Shown here: piece by piece, positions 19,104 to 23,634 of the stretch
Layout: each line of letters opens with the position of its first letter
Position numbering within the stretch: position 1 is the first letter of the stretch
Assembly (NCBI GenBank): GCA_030167865.1
Contig: JALAGF010006552.1
Span: 62,001-85,634 of the forward strand
Direction of reading: 5' to 3'
Length of the DNA: 23,634 nucleotides
DNA from: Craspedostauros australis
Taxonomy: Eukaryota
The notes under the pieces: model-generated
Told to the model about the DNA's origin: nothing
Seen by the model: only the letters and a program-made list of their open reading frames with translations
The model's database searches: none
Position numbers and translations under genes: made by a program

Positions 19104-20858
19104 CTATTCATCCACAATGATTGCTGGAGACTCGCTTCGAGGGGAGGTTTCAGCGTCAGCATTGGGGTGGACATCGGGGTCGACATCAGGGCTGGTCGTA
19201 TCACCGTCGGTGTTTTGGCCATTGGTACTGTTGGCATCCTCACCGACTACGGCATCCACCTGCGACTGCGACTGTGGCTCTGGCGACGCCTGCGCCCCAT
19301 CCACCAAGGTGCTCAACCAGGGTCCATCATCAGTGTCATCATGTTCCTCAACCCCACCATTGTTGTCGCCATTAAAATCTAACGATCCATCCAGTTCCAG
19401 TTGAAGCGAAGCATCGCTGGCTCTTTCTTCAAGACCTTGCCGTCGGCGTTCCCACAGATACATCAGCAGGGTTACAGAGGTGGATTGGAATACGAAGATG
19501 GCGCTGATACCAATCATCGCACACGTGAAGAACCAGTGCTTCAGAACGTACTGGTATGGCTTCAGCTCTCTTCCAATACGGACGTGGGCTGCGCTGACTT
19601 GCACATCGTCATTGTAGAGATCGTCATCGTGAGACGTTGTCCATTCTATCGACGCTGTTGGAGAGCTTGCGCGCTGTGTCCGTCGTCGCCGGTTTGTTCT
19701 GCTCACTAACCGAACAGTGATGTACCGTAACGGATGCTGCTTTCGTTCCATGACGTAATGATATGACGGGATCACGATGGTTCGAGTTTCTGGGATGGCA
19801 CCGACGAGATGTGGCACCAGCAGCGTCCATTTTCGAATCAGCGATATCCAGTCACTTTCGTGCGGGTGTTGCGTGGATCGCACAGATGTTGCCAGGGTCG
19901 TTCCATTTGCGGATTGCAATGTCACGTGCACACCGAAGATGCCCAACTCTTGGTTGGTCAGCGATTCTGGAAGTTCCAGCGCGATTTCGATGGTGTACGG
20001 TTGGTTTGCCTTCAACACGGAGCGAGATTGTGGTTTGGGGTGGTGGCCGTCAAGGTATGGTTCCCATTGCGTGTGCTTGGTGAAAAGGTCGGCAGCCGCC
20101 CAAGGCGATTGTTGCAAGGTACGCCGCTGATCGACTGAAAGATTGGGTATTTGGTTCTGCGGTGGCATCTGAGGTTGTGCTTGGGCTTGAGTTTGAGCTT
20201 GAGCTTGCTCATGCGATGGCGATGAGTGGGAGACTGTCTCCTGTTGCGACTTGACGCAAGCCTCGTGATTGCTCTTGCTGCTGTTGCCATCATGATTGAT
20301 GGCGATATCTGTCTCATTTTGTTTGCATTCTTGTACCAGCTCATTCTCCAGTTGATGCTTTCCATCCTCCTGTATCTGCATCTGCATCTGTTTCTGCTGC
20401 AGCTCCAACCACCGTTGTTGCACGAGATGATGTTCAGTTGGATGGGTGGACATCCCAGTGTAATCGAAGTAGAGTGGCATCGTGATGTCGTGGGATGGCA
20501 TCACAATGATGTAGAACAGTCCGTAGGACAACACGGATGTCGAGAGGATCACCATGGCTATGCTCCAGTAGATGACGAGCTTTTGCAACAAGGGAATGAA
20601 GCCCATGAATTCATCTGCGCTGGTTCTGCTGTCATGATCGTTGCCATTGTTGTTTGCACCGTGGTTGCCACCTCCGTCTGTTGCATTGTGCACGGAAGAT
20701 GAGCGATGCAAGATGTTGGAGTTTCCATTGCTCATCGCGATGGCTGTCGTTGCCCATGATGGCACGGGCAGTCCGTACGCAGACGAAAGCAACAGCACAT
20801 CAGACGCAGTCGAAGCCAGGCGGTGAACAATGTGTTGGTCTTGGGAGCTGTCGGTCAT
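19104..20858 (-). CDS. Seipin family protein (lipid droplet biogenesis, BSCL2-like), apparently intronless, 584 aa
   Basis: TM1 is followed by YGLFYIIVMP...PLYFDY. The lumenal signature YTIEIALELPESLTNQELGIFGVHVTL is present, then TM2 WFFTCAMIGISAIFVF and an acidic disordered tail. Confidence 0.9.
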   Translation of the reverse strand: MTDSSQDQHIVHRLASTASDVLLLSSAYGLPVPSWATTAIAMSNGNSNILHRSSSVHNATDGGGNHGANNNGNDHDSRTSADEFMGFIPLLQKLVIYWSIAMVILSTSVLSYGLFYIIVMPSHDITMPLYFDYTGMSTHPTEHHLVQQRWLELQQKQMQMQIQEDGKHQLENELVQECKQNETDIAINHDGNSSKSNHEACVKSQQETVSHSSPSHEQAQAQTQAQAQPQMPPQNQIPNLSVDQRRTLQQSPWAAADLFTKHTQWEPYLDGHHPKPQSRSVLKANQPYTIEIALELPESLTNQELGIFGVHVTLQSANGTTLATSVRSTQHPHESDWISLIRKWTLLVPHLVGAIPETRTIVIPSYHYVMERKQHPLRYITVRLVSRTNRRRRTQRASSPTASIEWTTSHDDDLYNDDVQVSAAHVRIGRELKPYQYVLKHWFFTCAMIGISAIFVFQSTSVTLLMYLWERRRQGLEERASDASLQLELDGSLDFNGDNNGGVEEHDDTDDGPWLSTLVDGAQASPEPQSQSQVDAVVGEDANSTNGQNTDGDTTSPDVDPDVHPNADAETSPRSESPAIIVDE

Positions 20859-20912
20859 GATGGGATGATGAGCCTCGTGGTCTTGGTGGCGCCGATGTCG
20901 CTTCTGACAAGC

Positions 20913-20963
20913 AGAGTAGAGTAGAGTAGAGTGTCTCCTTGCGCTTCCACCTGCGCTTCCACT
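20913..20963. repeat. (AGAGT)4 plus a 12-bp tandem duplication TGCGCTTCCAC(C/T) upstream of seipin
   Basis: Read directly from the sequence. Confidence 0.8.
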
Positions 20964-21639
20964 TCCAAGGATACTTGCGCCTGCTCGTCACAGACAGTAT
21001 CACCCCACCGCAACGTTCCTTCTGTGATCTTCTTTGCTGCGCCTAACCCTCCTCTTGCTGGTCCGAAACAATCATTGCCACAGGCTTTCTTCCTTTGTTT
21101 TTTTTTGGTAGCGACGCGATGTTGGGGTCGCTGTGGATGTTGTTCATCGTGTTGGTTCTTTCTGTTCATTCTTGGTCGGTCGGAGGGAAATAGTCTTGCT
21201 GACCTCTTCTGCAATGTCACGTCTGCGTCGAACACCTCCGAATCTGGGAGAAGTACGGAGTACTGTGTACCTCCAAAGATGTATCGCTTGCAGATACTTC
21301 AAGTAGGGTAGAGCAAGTGACTTCTCAAACACGATTTAAACAATGTTCTTCTCTTGGTGTGAGTGATTGGACAACAAATCGCGACAGATTCCGCTGTTGC
21401 GGACACAACGCTCACGCTCTTGTTCATACCATGTGCTGACGGCAACTGGAAAAGTCCAATTCATCGTCGCCATGATCACATCGATTCTACCAGAGTAGCC
21501 GGATGCAACACAAGCATTCTATGATTCCACATGATCTACTCCACATGAACAAACATTGCAGACAAGAAATTTGAGTGGTGCCGGAGAGTGCTCATGGCAT
21601 GGCACGGATACAGCGACGCCAAAAAGCGACCATTGATGA

Positions 21640-21672
21640 TCTCTCTCTCTCTCTCTGAAGAGGAGAGAGAGA
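21640..21672. repeat. (CT)8 followed by a GA-rich tract (imperfect inverted repeat)
   Basis: TCTCTCTCTCTCTCTCT-GAAGAG-GAGAGAGAGA. Confidence 0.8.
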
Positions 21673-23634
21673 CACAGAAAGCGGCACAAAGCGGAACAAC
21701 GGAGGAACTCGCACTGAATTTGCCCTTGGGTCAGTTCGGCGCTTTGAGCATCATGGATGATGGATGATGGTCGTCATGACAGAGCACATCGCGCACATCA
21801 CACATCGCACATCACGTATCAAAAACCAAACCGTCGAATTCCTGTTCCTCCAGCTGGAATTTGATGCTTGCCGAGGGAACCGCGGTAAATACGTTTTTGG
21901 CGTCGTTTTCCAATGGGACTGCCTTAGTAGTCCATTTAGTCCGTGCGCTTGGCATCACAAAACGCAAAGGTACTACTGTAGACGTGTGATCGACGTCCTG
22001 TGAGCGAGGCTATGAACACTAGGAGCTACTTCTGTTGCCATTGATTGCCCAGTGCAGGACAGTTCGACGGGGCTTAGCCAGCGTCTGCGCCATCAATTTT
22101 TGGCTGGATGTCTTTGGACATGTTGCCACCATCGGTGTCAAGGCCAATCGCCCAGGTACGCGCTTTCTGGGCTTGATCTTCGTTGTGCAGTCTTGCTTCA
22201 ACAGCGGAAACAGTGAGCGCAACCACGAACGCAGGTAGAGGGCAACGCCTCGCGCGTACTCTGTGGTACAGGAAGCACGTATGTTCTGACCAGAATAGCC
22301 TGCGAGTGCGAGCAGACACATCCCGCTCGCCGAATGTGACATGACATGTTCCGTTTGCAAACTGAGGCAAGGGCGATAGGAAGAGAAGGTGGATGGAGTT
22401 GGCGTGAACTTCGAAGCGGTATTCGCCAGTACGATGATTGATACACGGGGCGGCTTGGCTGTCCAAATGTCCGAAAGCGATTTTTTCATCTTGATGAGGA
22501 CGAGCGTTTTGTCCTACAGCAACAGGAGATGGCGGAACAACTATGCCTTCTATGACGTCACAATGCATGAGGAGTGGTCATGCGAGACCGCACCACAATC
22601 CATGCGATTAATTGTTTGACTGCGCAGATAACACGCAAGGTTCGTGGCGTCACATGACTCGAAATGACGCAGTGAGTGTCCACCAGCGCGAACGATGATG
22701 CAGATCGCATCGGCCTTCACGTTGCTTTCGTAGTCACTGATGTGGGAGCAGGTCATTCCCGCACGTTGCCCGATCACTTGTCATCTCGAGTCTGACTCAC
22801 ACGAATGGGGAGAAGTTCTCTTTTCGCTCAGCCTGGTTGGGGAAACGTCAGCACATCATCTGGACCGAACGAGCACAGGAAGCTGCCGGCATTCGTCGTC
22901 CACAGAAGAGTTGGGCCATGGCTATGTGCCATGCGAGACGAGTTGAACTCGTGATCATTGATTATCAGGCATGATTGCGTCAACTTCTTGTTTGTGGTGC
23001 GCAATGTGAGCGACATGTCGGAAACGAGGGGCTCTCTTCCCTCACGCGGAACAGTTCACCTCAACATAGCCCCTCCTCCAGGATCACTTGTTTCGTGTTG
23101 GGTGTTCAAAGAGATGCGCAGAGTGCAATGGTTGTGTTCGAAGTACTGCTTCGCAAGAGACACCCAGTCACTGCTTTCGCTCCTGCCAGTTTTCCTATCT
23201 TCGAGACACATGGCTTTGAGACACCAAGCTAGACATGCGATAGCACATGTATGCAACCACACAGACTGCAAGATAGATTGGTAACATCTTCATTTGCGCT
23301 CATTGACATTGTTGCTAGACGTGAAGAGTTGAGGTAATACTTCTGAAAACTGTACGTGTATGTTCATGTCTGACTATTCAAACAACGGTAGTCTATCCCG
23401 AACGTGGATTGGCCTGACCGATGATGCACGTTTGATGGTGCTCGAGTTGAGGAGGGCCCGGTAGCAGACATCTTCATGGTTGTTCTTCCGCTGGTGAGGT
23501 TGACCGCTGCATGATCGTGACGATCGGACGCGGTGCTGACTGATTCGCCAATCTATTAGTGGTTACCCGCATCCCCCAGGCTGTATTTGTCCGTTGAGTC
23601 ATTGAGAGTCACGCTCAGTACCTGGGAATGATAG

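Noticed and set aside
18430..19243. ORFs 18430..18753 and 19031..19243 overlapping the element
   Set aside because: They cross the insertion boundaries and have no gag/pol motifs.
22019..23634. Overlapping ORFs near the right end and a possible minus-strand gene tail stopping near 23556
   Set aside because: No recognisable homology and insufficient context at the window edge.

Overview
Eukaryotic nuclear DNA with spliceosomal GT-AG introns, probably from a diatom or other stramenopile (inferred from the DUF6824-type gene family). Left to right it holds five items. (1) The 5' part of a two-pore cation channel (TPC) gene on the minus strand, with two exons visible and running off the left edge. 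(2) An intronless ribosomal protein eS27 (RPS27) gene. (3) Two tandem, two-exon paralogs encoding an acidic N-terminus, a CRAL-TRIO/Sec14-like domain, a DUF6824-like domain and a basic tail. Their exon 2 is far more similar than exon 1, consistent with gene conversion. (4) A complete 357-bp non-autonomous LTR mini-retrotransposon (TRIM-like) with identical 93-bp TG..CA LTRs, a 6-bp TSD, a PBS and a PPT. It carries repeated tRNA T-loop/B-box motifs and sits 53 nt after the stop codon of the next gene. (5) A seipin gene on the minus strand. The mini-retrotransposon is the most novel-looking element. Most other listed ORFs are shadow or chance ORFs. All domain assignments come from motif recognition by eye, not from database searches.
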